Shown: positions 9,611 through 19,040 of the stretch, piece by piece
Layout of the letters: each line of letters opens with the position of its first letter
How positions within the stretch are numbered: the first letter of the stretch is position 1
Source of the DNA: Syntrophales bacterium
GTDB taxonomy: Bacteria; Desulfobacterota; Syntrophia; Syntrophales; PHBD01
Assembly: GCA_963668175.1 (NCBI GenBank)
Contig: OY764159.1
Location: 4,352,001-4,416,000, forward strand
DNA length: 64,000 bases
Reading direction: 5' to 3'
Notes under the pieces: model-generated
The model's database searches: none
What the model saw: the letters and a program-made list of their open reading frames with translations, nothing else
Told to the model about the DNA's origin: nothing
Made by a program: the position numbers and the translations under genes

Positions 9611-10573
9611 ATGACTACGATGATCACCGGCGGAACCGGCTTCATCGGTTCCTATCTGGCGCGTTTGCTTATTGAGGCGGGAGAAAAACCCGTTATATTC
9701 GATATCGCGCCTGTGCAAGGGCCTTTGCTCGAGTTGTCCGGACGATTTATATTCGAGCAGGGAACCATTTTTTATCTTCCGGTCCTGATGGACGTCGTGG
9801 AGCGTCACGGCGTCGACCGGATTTTTCACCTGGGGGGCATGCTCTCCTTGCCGTCGGAAAACAATCCCCATGCGGCCTTCGACGCCAACGTCGTCGGGAC
9901 ATGGAACGTCCTGGAGGCAGCCCGGATCAAGAAAATGACCCAGGTCATATACGGCAGCACCATCGCTACCTACAGCAAGGACATTATCGGCAGCGTTATT
10001 GATGACCGTACGATTCAGCGGCCGACCAGCCTCTATGGCATCACTAAGACCTTCGGCGAACTGACCGGCCGATACTATCAGCGCCGGTGGGGTGTCGATT
10101 TCCGGGGGCTCAGACTGCCCTCGACCGTCGGACCGGGCGCCAAGACGGCCCATATGTCGATCTACAACGCCTGGGCCATCGAATATGCCATCAAGGGCAT
10201 GCCTTACGTGCTCAAATGTTATCCGGATACACGCTGCCCCGTCGTTTATTATAAAGATGCCGCCAGGGCGTTGTTCGAGGTTGCCGCGGCTGAGCCGGCC
10301 AGGATCGAAACCCGCGTCTACAACATCGCCGGCGTTGTCCCGCCGTTCTCTGCCCAGGAACTGGTTTCCGCCGTAGAGGGCCGGATTCCGGCGGCACAGT
10401 TGTCTTTTGAGCCCGATCCCGTCATCGCCGAACTGCTCAAGGAACTCGGGGCGCTGCAGATCAGCGACGATTGCGCACAAACGGAATGGGGATGGCGATC
10501 AGGCTATTCCCTGGAGACCATGATACAGGATTTCATAAGCGAGTTTAAAGTCAACAAACGATACTACCTGTAA
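9611..10573 (+). CDS. extended SDR NAD-dependent epimerase/dehydrogenase (L-threonine 3-dehydrogenase-like)
   Basis: 'TGGTGFIG', 'FHLGGMLS', YxxxK 'YGITK', 'GVDFRGLRLP'. Confidence 0.85.
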   Translation: MTTMITGGTGFIGSYLARLLIEAGEKPVIFDIAPVQGPLLELSGRFIFEQGTIFYLPVLMDVVERHGVDRIFHLGGMLSLPSENNPHAAFDANVVGTWNVLEAARIKKMTQVIYGSTIATYSKDIIGSVIDDRTIQRPTSLYGITKTFGELTGRYYQRRWGVDFRGLRLPSTVGPGAKTAHMSIYNAWAIEYAIKGMPYVLKCYPDTRCPVVYYKDAARALFEVAAAEPARIETRVYNIAGVVPPFSAQELVSAVEGRIPAAQLSFEPDPVIAELLKELGALQISDDCAQTEWGWRSGYSLETMIQDFISEFKVNKRYYL

Positions 10574-10592
10574 TAAAAAGAAGGAAAGGATT

Positions 10593-11513
10593 ATGAGCAA
10601 GAGAATATTTACAGCAGCCCTCACGGGCGCCATCCACACGCCCAGCATGTCGCCTTACCTGCCGCAGACGCCCGAGCAGCTTATTGAAGAAGCCGTCCGT
10701 GTCTACGAGGCGGGGGGAGCCGTGGCCCATATCCATGTCCGCGACCCGAAGACGGGTCTTCCCAATGCCGACCAGGCCATCTATCGCCAGATTGCCGAAG
10801 AGGTCAAGAAACGATGCAACATCATCATGTGCTTCACGACGGGCGGGAAGCTCGGCGAACCCGTCGAAAACAGGGTGCGCGTGGCCTCCAATCTCCAGCC
10901 GGAAATGACATCGCTCAACGCCGGCTCCCTGAACTTCGCCCTTTTCCACATCAAAGACAACGTTACCGACTGGAAGTACGACTGGGAAGAGACTTATCTT
11001 GAAAACACGGAGGATTTCATTTTCCCAAATACTTTCAAAACGATGCGTCAATATCTCGAAGTTATGTACACCCACGGGACCAAACCGGAATTTGAGATTT
11101 ACGACGTCGGAATGATCAACAATCTGGCCTTCCTGATCGATAAGGGCGTCGCGAAAAGGCCTATTTATCTCCAGTTCGTCATGGGCATTCTCGGCGGCAT
11201 CCCCGCAACACTGGAAAACCTGATCATCCTCGTGGACACGGCTCGCAAGCAGATCGGGGATTTTGAATTTTCCGTGTGCGCCGCCGGCAAGTTCCAGATG
11301 CCCATGTGCACCGGGTCCCTGATTCTGGGAGGCCACGCAAGGGTCGGCCTGGAAGACAGCCTGTACCTGGAGAAAGGCGTCCTGGCGAAAAGCAGCGCCG
11401 AGCAGATGGCCAAAATCATCCGTATTGCTGGGGAACTGGGTATTGAACCGGCAACACCGGATGAAGCAAGGAAGATATTGGGTTTAAAAGGACCAGGCCA
11501 GGTCAATTTTTAA
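10593..11513 (+). CDS. beta-keto acid cleavage enzyme (BKACE/DUF849, Kce family)
   Basis: 'AALTGA', 'AGGAVAHIHVRDP', 'SLNAGSLNF', 'KPEFEIYD', 'GGHARVGLEDSL'. Confidence 0.95.
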   Translation: MSKRIFTAALTGAIHTPSMSPYLPQTPEQLIEEAVRVYEAGGAVAHIHVRDPKTGLPNADQAIYRQIAEEVKKRCNIIMCFTTGGKLGEPVENRVRVASNLQPEMTSLNAGSLNFALFHIKDNVTDWKYDWEETYLENTEDFIFPNTFKTMRQYLEVMYTHGTKPEFEIYDVGMINNLAFLIDKGVAKRPIYLQFVMGILGGIPATLENLIILVDTARKQIGDFEFSVCAAGKFQMPMCTGSLILGGHARVGLEDSLYLEKGVLAKSSAEQMAKIIRIAGELGIEPATPDEARKILGLKGPGQVNF

Positions 11514-11586
11514 CGCCGGTAGTCGTTTTTTTCATAAACATTCGCGAGACGAACAGATAATACGTCGACGGACACGGTCGTTCATC

Positions 11587-11616
11587 GGGAAGGGACATCG
11601 TCCCTTCCCTCTTTCT
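11587..11616 (+). terminator. intrinsic terminator after the BKACE operon
   Basis: GGGAAGGGAC-ATC-GTCCCTTCCC followed by TCTTTCT; lies between convergent genes. Confidence 0.7.
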
Positions 11617-11631
11617 GCCGCGGAACACTGG

Positions 11632-12369
11632 TTAGGGCGGTGTGCCTCTGACTTCACCCGAAGAATTGTCCCGCCTCTTAGGCGAATGCCGCTGCTTCCA
11701 CCACATACCGACGCCGATCACTCCAACGACACAGAAGACTTCCACGCCATATTGAAGAAATTTCGACGGATTCAACACTTTCAGAACAAAGGGGTCAGTC
11801 ATCATCATCTCCCCCCCTACACGCCCCAGGATAGCCGCCCCGATATAAATGATGATCGGGTACCGGTCCATCAATCTGGAAAGCAGGTTACTGGCGAAAA
11901 CCACGAAGGGGATACTTAAACCGAGACCGAAGATCAGAAGAAACGGATTTCCTTTGGAGGCGGCTGCAACGGCGAGGACATTGTCCGTGGACATGGTAAT
12001 ATCGGCGATGACAATCACCCATATGGCTTGCCAGAGATTCCTGGCTTCCTTCTGCCCGTTCTCATCGACCCCGGCTTCCAGAAACAGTTTGACGGCGATC
12101 CAGAGAATAACGATGCCGCCGGCCAGTTTGACATAGGATATCTGGAGCAATTGCGCGGCGAAAAAGGTGAGGATGACCCTGAGAACGACGGCGGCCCCTG
12201 CCCCAAACGTAATACCCTTGAGGCGCTGCGCCTTGGGAAGGACCCGGACCGCCATGGCAATGACAACGGCGTTATCTCCGGCCAGAACGAGGTCGATAAT
12301 GATAATGCTGACGAAACCAAAGACGAAATCCTTATTGAATATCGTCTGTGTTAGAAGATCGAGGTCCAA
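11632..12369 (-). CDS. TerC/YjbE family membrane protein
   Basis: 'IDLVLAGDNAVVIAMA', 'ADITMSTDNVLAVAAA', 'FGLGLSIP'; TTG start. Confidence 0.93.
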   Translation of the reverse strand: MDLDLLTQTIFNKDFVFGFVSIIIIDLVLAGDNAVVIAMAVRVLPKAQRLKGITFGAGAAVVLRVILTFFAAQLLQISYVKLAGGIVILWIAVKLFLEAGVDENGQKEARNLWQAIWVIVIADITMSTDNVLAVAAASKGNPFLLIFGLGLSIPFVVFASNLLSRLMDRYPIIIYIGAAILGRVGGEMMMTDPFVLKVLNPSKFLQYGVEVFCVVGVIGVGMWWKQRHSPKRRDNSSGEVRGTPP

Positions 12370-12414
12370 TGGCGAAGTCCCTTGCCGGAAAAGTCTATTG
12401 TTTATTCATTACGC

Positions 12415-12443
12415 ACCATAGGTAAAATAAGCGACAGTGTCAA
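12415..12443 (-). promoter_or_regulatory. sigma70 promoter candidate for terC
   Basis: Minus strand TTGACA-17 nt-TATGGT about 45 nt upstream of the start. Confidence 0.55.
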
Positions 12444-12719
12444 CCGAAAGGACATTGCGATTGAGGTCGGAATATCCCTTTGCGAATTATTACAGGACGC
12501 TTGACTCACAAGAAACCCATCCTTTCTTAAATATAGACAGCAGCAGGATTCGGAAAACACGGTCGGTACAGCAACCAGAGTCGGAGGGATTCAATGTATG
12601 GCGAAGGCTTGGGAATAATGCTATCCCGCAGGACTAAAATATTGTATGAAGTATCCAATTGAACAGATCATATCGCCAACATTCCGTATCATCGTTATTG
12701 AGGGAAACGAGATAGAATC

Positions 12720-13589
12720 ATGAGCGTCCTGTTCTTCATCCATCCCGATCCCAATTACGTTCCCGATCTTCTCCTCCACGCTTTTCGAAAGATTATCGGG
12801 CCGGATGCCGTCGAGTTTCCCAGGAAGGACTGCCTCTACAGCGAAGTCGTGGGCTTTGCCGGAACGCCGGACAAAGAAACATCCCCCCGTTGGTTTCCGT
12901 CCGATGACTGAAAGGTCGATCGTGACGATGTATTCGGGAAAGTCGCCAAGGGCTATTTCGAATATATCTTCTGCGATATCAGAGTATTTTCCAAACTGCA
13001 GGAAAACCTTACCAAATGGCCCCGTGGTCTCGTCGTCATCGATGGTGAAGACGTTCCCGTGCCCATTCCCATCGGGCCTTACGCCGTCTGCCGCCGGGAA
13101 ACGGACGGCACGGATTTCAGCATCCCGCTGCCGTTGGCCATGCCGGAAGAAATCCTCGATTGGATTGTATCATTCGACGGGGAAGCAAAGGTCCACTCGG
13201 TCGGTTTCCTGGGAGGCATCGAGGATCAAAAAGAGGAACGGGGATACTTCCTGGACGCGCTGAAACGACGATACAACGACTGCCTGCTCAAGAGCTACAT
13301 CCAGGAGGGAGGCGACTTGAATCCGCCAGGCCAAGTGAGCAGACGCGATTATTACCGATATCTGCAACGATGCCGGATTGTCCTGAATCTTAAAGGAGCC
13401 GGCTGCGATACGTTCCGCTTCTGGGAAAATACCGCCTGCAACGCCGTCCATATCTCCCAGAGAATGCCGCTTCTGATACCGAATGATTTCGTCGAAAAAC
13501 AGCATCTGTTCCGGTTCACCGATAACGCGGAACTTTTTGAGACGATCGACGGGATTCTGGACGGAGCAGTCGTTCTTCATTTTATCTGA
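12720..13589 (+). pseudogene. glycosyltransferase-like gene interrupted by an in-frame TGA
   Basis: ORFs 12720..12911 and 13059..13589 are in the same frame, separated only by TGA 12909-12911. The C-terminal part has GT-B-type 'RCRIVLNLKGAGCDTFRFWE'. The 3' end overlaps the convergent gene. Confidence 0.7.
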
Positions 13590-14431
13590 ACCCCGATTAC
13601 ATTGGGAATCGGCCATTGCATTTCATTCATGTCGTCCTGCTTCATGCCCGTTTCATAGCTTCCGGATATATCAAGGTTAAGGTTCCGGGATCTCACGGAC
13701 ATGCTCGCCACGGGGCCGCCCTCCATGTGCATCAATTTCATCACAGCCAATCCCGATGATTTTACAATTTCGTTGAAATCCACCATGGAATAGGGTGACC
13801 GGCAGAACAGAAAAAGGATGCGCCCCGATTTATCCATGCCCACAGCCGCCTCGCTCCACTTTTTGTCAGACTTCCCCCAGACATTGACGCCGTCGCCCTT
13901 CATTAATCGCAGATTCTGAATGACGACATTGTAATCCTGCACTTTCTTCATGGCCTCCGGTTCATCGAGATCAATCATGATCGCCTGGGGAATATCGGTC
14001 TTGCGGGATTCGAAGGCCAGGACTGATTTATAGCCTCTGCTCCACCGTTTATTCTGAATGTAGGTCCCGTTTTGCAGATAGCCTACGTTGGTCAGGAAAT
14101 CTTTGCTGTACATCCCCGCATTGATAGCAGCAAGCAGACCAAAATCTCTGCACCAGGCTGCCGCGGTACGGCTTTTGTTATCGTGCTCAGAAGCAAGCAG
14201 GAGTTTGAGTCTGGCAAGATTTGGATCTATCCGGAGGACGTGTATCCTGGCGCCGGATCTGTCCCCTTCAGGTTTGATTTCCAGAAGGCAGTACTCCACC
14301 CCTTTGCCCACGATACGACACCTGTCCTCCAATTGGGGGATAAGCTTCGATTGCGTCCATGCCGCGTCACAAAAAAGCAGGACCGCCATCACGGAGCAAA
14401 GAAGATGGATGATTCCAAGCCTGCTGTTCAT
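13577..14431 (-). CDS. phosphodiester glycosidase (NAGPA/DUF2233-like) family exported protein
   Basis: Signal peptide; 'HVLRIDP', 'AAINAGMY', 'AAVGMDKSGRILF', 'MHMEGG', 'PIPNVIGV'. Confidence 0.75.
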   Translation of the reverse strand: MNSRLGIIHLLCSVMAVLLFCDAAWTQSKLIPQLEDRCRIVGKGVEYCLLEIKPEGDRSGARIHVLRIDPNLARLKLLLASEHDNKSRTAAAWCRDFGLLAAINAGMYSKDFLTNVGYLQNGTYIQNKRWSRGYKSVLAFESRKTDIPQAIMIDLDEPEAMKKVQDYNVVIQNLRLMKGDGVNVWGKSDKKWSEAAVGMDKSGRILFLFCRSPYSMVDFNEIVKSSGLAVMKLMHMEGGPVASMSVRSRNLNLDISGSYETGMKQDDMNEMQWPIPNVIGVQIK

Positions 14432-14905
14432 CGGAATGCTTTGGTTAAAATGATATTATCAATGTGTTGCGTCAAATGGCTATGAGGTTCAAACACAGCT
14501 TTACACGATAGTCATCGGAACAATATCGTCTGTGCCCGTACTTTTATATAATGGATAGCAGAATATCGAGCGGTTGCACAAGGAAAGAGTTATTGCGGCT
14601 GGAATTTTATTCCTTCGTCGATATCCTTATGGTTTCATTTGAAACATCCTCACGGATTTGTTTCGAAGTGATATTCATAAAGTCAGTTCGTTGAAAGGGC
14701 GCCCTAAGGGGAAAAATCGGACGGAGTCCGTGGGGATATCACATGAAATGAACATCCCCCTCTCCCGGCGCAACAAATGATGCAACCTTTTCTGACTCCA
14801 CGGTCTTGTAAGCGAACAAACGGGAAATCGATCTCTGTGAGTCCCATGGCCTACGATTCGATTCATTTTTACGCTGTTTTGAGGACTTTGCACAACAGGT
14901 TCAGA

Positions 14906-16189
14906 TTATGAAATGTTGTCCCCTTTTTTCAATCTGTCTACCGCCGGTTCATGATAGAGGACATCTTCCCCGTAGAGCGCTGCTATCTGTTCTTCGCTGT
15001 ATCCCAGAATGTTCGCCAGTACATCCGTATTATGTTCACCCAGAATGGGGGCATGCCCCCGGACACAGGACGGCGTCTCGGACATCTTCAGGGGACTGCC
15101 GTACATTTTCATGGGACCGATAAAGGGCTGGTCGACAACACACATCATGTCCCTCGCCTTGATTTGGGGATCCGTATCCGCCAATTCACGGATGCCCCGG
15201 ACACGCAGGCAGGGAATATCCGCTTCATCAAGCATACGTTCCACTTCCTCGACCGAATCCTGCGCCATGATCCATTCTTCCAGGGTCTGATGAATCAGGG
15301 GAGCGTTGTCGGTAGTGCAGCGTGTCGAAACATCCTTCATCCGGGGATCGGTGAGCAGCCAGGCATACTTTTCTCCCATGAGATTCACCAGGGGTGTCCA
15401 CCGGCTGTCCGTCAGGCAGGCAATGCAGATCAGACCGCCGTTTTTCCCCTTGTAAATTCCGTAGGGGGCATAGCCGGGATGCTGACGGCCGACGGGCGGC
15501 AGTTCGACATACGATCCGACGGCCTGGCCGATTAAATACCAGGGAAGCGAATTTTCATGAAGGGAAAAGAGGCAGTCCATCATCGAAATATCGATATTCT
15601 GCCCGACGCCGCTTATCTGTTTTGTATAAAGCGCTCCCAGGATGGCGGTGCACGCGTGCATGCTTGCCACTGTGTCGCCGATAGAGACGGGAGCAATGAT
15701 CGGCGGATCGCTCTGGGATGTCCAGCCGCTTGCACTCTGAGCAATGATGTCATAACCGGGCTTGTGGCTGTACGGCCCCCAGTGACCGAAACAGGAGATG
15801 GAACAGTAGATGATATTCGCCTTGATCTTCTTGACCGATTCGTAATTCAACCCTAGTCGATCCATAACGCCGGGAGCAAAATTCTCAACCAGGACATCGC
15901 TTTTCTCGATCAATTCATGAATAACGGCCATTCCTTTCGCACTTTTCAGGTTCACACAGATGCTTCTCTTGCCCCGGTTGACGTTGATGGCGTACGAACT
16001 CTGCATGACGCCGTCGTGAACGACATGATAGGGAAGCCACCGTTCATTGGCGCCAGACTTGTATTGTTCCACCTTGATGACATCGGCGCCCATATCGGCC
16101 AAGGTTTTCGTTGCATGGGGACCTGCCAGCACCCAGGTGAAATCGAGAACCGTAACCCCATTCAAACATCCCGGTTTCATACTCTCCAC
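14906..16189 (-). CDS. class III CoA-transferase (CaiB/BaiF family)
   Basis: 'VLDFTWVLAGP', 'LADMGADVIKVE', 'NRGKRS', 'ENFAPG', 'GYDIIAQ', 'APILGEH'. Confidence 0.95.
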   Translation of the reverse strand: MESMKPGCLNGVTVLDFTWVLAGPHATKTLADMGADVIKVEQYKSGANERWLPYHVVHDGVMQSSYAINVNRGKRSICVNLKSAKGMAVIHELIEKSDVLVENFAPGVMDRLGLNYESVKKIKANIIYCSISCFGHWGPYSHKPGYDIIAQSASGWTSQSDPPIIAPVSIGDTVASMHACTAILGALYTKQISGVGQNIDISMMDCLFSLHENSLPWYLIGQAVGSYVELPPVGRQHPGYAPYGIYKGKNGGLICIACLTDSRWTPLVNLMGEKYAWLLTDPRMKDVSTRCTTDNAPLIHQTLEEWIMAQDSVEEVERMLDEADIPCLRVRGIRELADTDPQIKARDMMCVVDQPFIGPMKMYGSPLKMSETPSCVRGHAPILGEHNTDVLANILGYSEEQIAALYGEDVLYHEPAVDRLKKGDNIS

Positions 16190-16389
16190 GACAAACCTCC
16201 TGAATTATACATTATTCGTAACTCACCGATTCTCCGGACGGCAGAAAGGGCGATCAGTATCATACGATTTCGTCTGTTCCTGACCGATATGACAAAAGCA
16301 CGCAGAGATGAAATCCTGACATAGGAATTGTGCGAGATAACCGATCAGGTGAAAAACGCCTTTTGTTCCCAATGGAAGAACAGAAGTCT

Positions 16390-16428
16390 AAAAAAAATAG
16401 GGGAAAGCGGCGATCGCTTCCCCCCTTT
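16390..16428 (-). terminator. intrinsic terminator downstream of tRNA-Thr
   Basis: GGGGAAAGCG/CGCTTCCCC stem; the plus-strand A-run 16390-16397 is a U-tract on the minus strand. Confidence 0.7.
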
Positions 16429-16437
16429 GTCGATTTA

Positions 16438-16513
<76 letters not shown>

Positions 16514-16548
16514 CTGCGACTGCTTTGATTGGTCAGTCGGAGCGAACG

Positions 16549-16577
16549 TATTTATCGCAACTGCCAATCCTTGTCAA
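16549..16577 (-). promoter_or_regulatory. sigma70 promoter of tRNA-Thr
   Basis: Minus strand TTGACA-17 nt-TAAATA. Confidence 0.6.
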
Positions 16578-16640
16578 GAATTATGCGCAGCACAATCTCT
16601 CTTTCCATGCGAAAATCAATAGCCTTTGATCTTCTCGGCC

Positions 16641-16668
16641 TTGACTTTCGTCGGCGGTCTGGTATGAT
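16641..16668 (+). promoter_or_regulatory. sigma70 promoter candidate for the cyclase cluster
   Basis: TTGACT-16 nt-TATGAT with an extended -10 TG. Confidence 0.55.
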
Positions 16669-16776
16669 CTCGCAAAATTCGACAAGAATTGCGGCTAAGT
16701 AGAAAACAAGGCGGCGGCGATCAGCGGAAGCCTTTCCGACCTGTTCGTCGAATCGCCCAATCACAACGAGGGCGCC

Positions 16777-19023
16777 ATGAACGAGAAAATCAAGAAATTA
16801 TTCTCCATTTCTCCCCTGAAAATAACATCATTCATTATATTCGTTGCCCTGGCCTTCTACATCGGCAATGTATCCTTCCTGCAGTTCATGGAACTCAAAG
16901 CCCTCGACCTGAGAATGAAATCGCGGGGCAAGCTGAAATCCGGCGGAGAAACCGTCATTGCCGTGGTGGATGAAAAGAGTCTGAAGGAGATCGGCCGCTG
17001 GCCATGGCCCCGAACAACGGTGGCCAAACTTGTCGATACACTGAAATCCTGTGGGGCCAAAGCCGTCGGCTTCGATATCGTGTTTGCCGAACCCGATCAA
17101 AACTCCAGCCTCAAGACCATTAAGTCATTAACCCATGAAGCGAAGGAAAGAGGGATCAAGGATCGCGGCCTCTACGGCCTTCTTGCCAAAGAACGTATGG
17201 CGGCCGACACGGACGCCGCCTTGGCTCACTCCATCAAGAAGGCCGGAAACGTCACCGTTGGTTACTTTTTCCATCTCTCCAGGGCCGATGTGGGCCATTT
17301 GAGTGAAAAACAGAAAGAGATATCGAAGGAAAGTATCGCCGGTTCCCGATATCAGATGGTCCAGGCCGACGCGAATCTCCATGAAGACATGCTGATCAGG
17401 GCCTATGCAGCGGAAGCCAATCTGCCGGAAATATCGGCGGCGGCGCAGGTCTCGGGGTATTTTAACGCTTACCCCGATGAAGACGGCGTCATCCGCTGGA
17501 CGCCCCTGATTACGAAAATGGGGGACGACTATTACCATTCCCTGGCTATAGGCATGCTGCTCCAGTATTTCGATTGGCCAACTTTGACCGTAAAACTGGG
17601 GGAAGGCGTCGAATCGATCAAGCTCGACACAATTGAAATCCCGACGGACGAAAGCGGCCGGATGCTCATCAATTATCTCGGCCCCGCCAAAACCTTTCCC
17701 CATTATTCGATTTCAGACATCCTTAACAAGCGTCTGTCTCCGGAGCTCTTCAAGGACAAGATCGTCCTCGTCGGCGTTACGGCTACCGGTGTCTACGACC
17801 TCCGTGTTACACCCTTCAGTACCGTCTATCCCGGAGTGGAAATCCATGCCAATGTCATCGACAACATCCTGCATCGTAACTTTCTCAAACATGCCCTCTG
17901 GACCAAGGTGTTGGATCTCCTGTCCATCATATGCTTCGGTCTTGTCATGGGCATAGCCGTCCCCCGCTTCAGGGCCGTCCAGGGAATAGTCCTGTGCCTG
18001 GGACTCCTCATTGTTTTCGTGGTCGTCAATACCTTTATTTTCGGCCACTACAATATCTGGCTGAACCTGATCTATCCCACACTGACCATGATGACGATCT
18101 ACCTCGGCATTACCATCTACCGTTATGTCACTGAAGAAAAGGAGAAGAAGAAGATTCGCGGTGCCTTCCAGTACTATTTGACCGCTTCCGTCATCAACGA
18201 GATGCTTAAGGACCCGTCGAAGCTGAAGCTCGGAGGCGACAAGAAGAACCTGTCCGTCCTGTTCTCCGATATCCGCGGATTCACAACCGTCTCGGAAAAA
18301 TTGACGCCGGAGGAGCTGGTCCATTTGCTGAACGAATACCTCACGGCCATGACGGATATCGTCTTCAAATACGACGGGCTCCTGGACAAATACATGGGTG
18401 ACGCAATCATGGCCGTCTACGGAGCGCCCCTGGACCAACCGGACCATCCATTGCGCGCGTGCCGGACAGCCCTGGACATGATCGAGGCATTGAAGAAGCT
18501 CCAGGGGAAATGGTCAGCCGAGGGAAGGCCGGTTCTCAATATCGGCGTCGGCATCAACACGGGGGAGATGGTCGTCGGCAATATGGGATCGCAGATGCGC
18601 TTCGATTATACCGTCATGGGCGACAGCGTGAATCTGGGCTCCCGTTTGGAAGGCATCAATAAGGAATATGGGACGAATATCGTCATCAGCGAGTTCACTT
18701 ACGAAGCTGTAAAGGATACCCTGTTGTGCCGGGAACTGGACTCCGTCCGGGTGAAGGGCAAAAAACTCCCCGTCAAGATCTATGAACTGGTCGGTGTCAG
18801 AGACGAAGCACCCAAGTGGGAGCAATTCCTCGCCCATTTCAACGACGGACTGGCCAAGTATAAAGGGATGCAATGGGACGAGGCCGTCGCCGCCTTCCGC
18901 AAGGCCCTGGAAATCAGGCCCGGCGATCCGCCGACGGAGATGTACGTCGACAGATGCCTTGAACTGAAGGGACATCCGCCTCAGGGTACATGGGACGGCG
19001 TATTTACAATGACGAGAAAATAA
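16777..19023 (+). CDS. CHASE2-domain class III adenylate cyclase
   Basis: CHASE2 'IGRWPWPR', 'GFDIVFAEP', 'PGVEIHA'; three TM; cyclase 'FSDIRGFT', 'KYMGDAIM' (Lys indicates ATP specificity), 'DYTVMGDSVNLGSRLEG'; TPR-like tail. Confidence 0.95.
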   Translation: MNEKIKKLFSISPLKITSFIIFVALAFYIGNVSFLQFMELKALDLRMKSRGKLKSGGETVIAVVDEKSLKEIGRWPWPRTTVAKLVDTLKSCGAKAVGFDIVFAEPDQNSSLKTIKSLTHEAKERGIKDRGLYGLLAKERMAADTDAALAHSIKKAGNVTVGYFFHLSRADVGHLSEKQKEISKESIAGSRYQMVQADANLHEDMLIRAYAAEANLPEISAAAQVSGYFNAYPDEDGVIRWTPLITKMGDDYYHSLAIGMLLQYFDWPTLTVKLGEGVESIKLDTIEIPTDESGRMLINYLGPAKTFPHYSISDILNKRLSPELFKDKIVLVGVTATGVYDLRVTPFSTVYPGVEIHANVIDNILHRNFLKHALWTKVLDLLSIICFGLVMGIAVPRFRAVQGIVLCLGLLIVFVVVNTFIFGHYNIWLNLIYPTLTMMTIYLGITIYRYVTEEKEKKKIRGAFQYYLTASVINEMLKDPSKLKLGGDKKNLSVLFSDIRGFTTVSEKLTPEELVHLLNEYLTAMTDIVFKYDGLLDKYMGDAIMAVYGAPLDQPDHPLRACRTALDMIEALKKLQGKWSAEGRPVLNIGVGINTGEMVVGNMGSQMRFDYTVMGDSVNLGSRLEGINKEYGTNIVISEFTYEAVKDTLLCRELDSVRVKGKKLPVKIYELVGVRDEAPKWEQFLAHFNDGLAKYKGMQWDEAVAAFRKALEIRPGDPPTEMYVDRCLELKGHPPQGTWDGVFTMTRK

Positions 19024-19040
19024 TCGGTCGGAAAGGAATC

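Noticed and set aside
8350..9645. 431-aa antisense ORF over the SBP gene (similarly 19554..20891 over alr)
   Set aside because: Shadow ORFs of well-supported sense genes with no recognisable motifs.
12370..12450. Possible yybP-ykoY (Mn2+) riboswitch ahead of terC
   Set aside because: The predicted promoter leaves only about 40 nt of leader, and no aptamer consensus is visible.
14860..14905. Sequence GACTTTGCACAACAGGTTC reminiscent of an IS terminal repeat
   Set aside because: No partner inverted repeat, target duplication or transposase fragment was found nearby.
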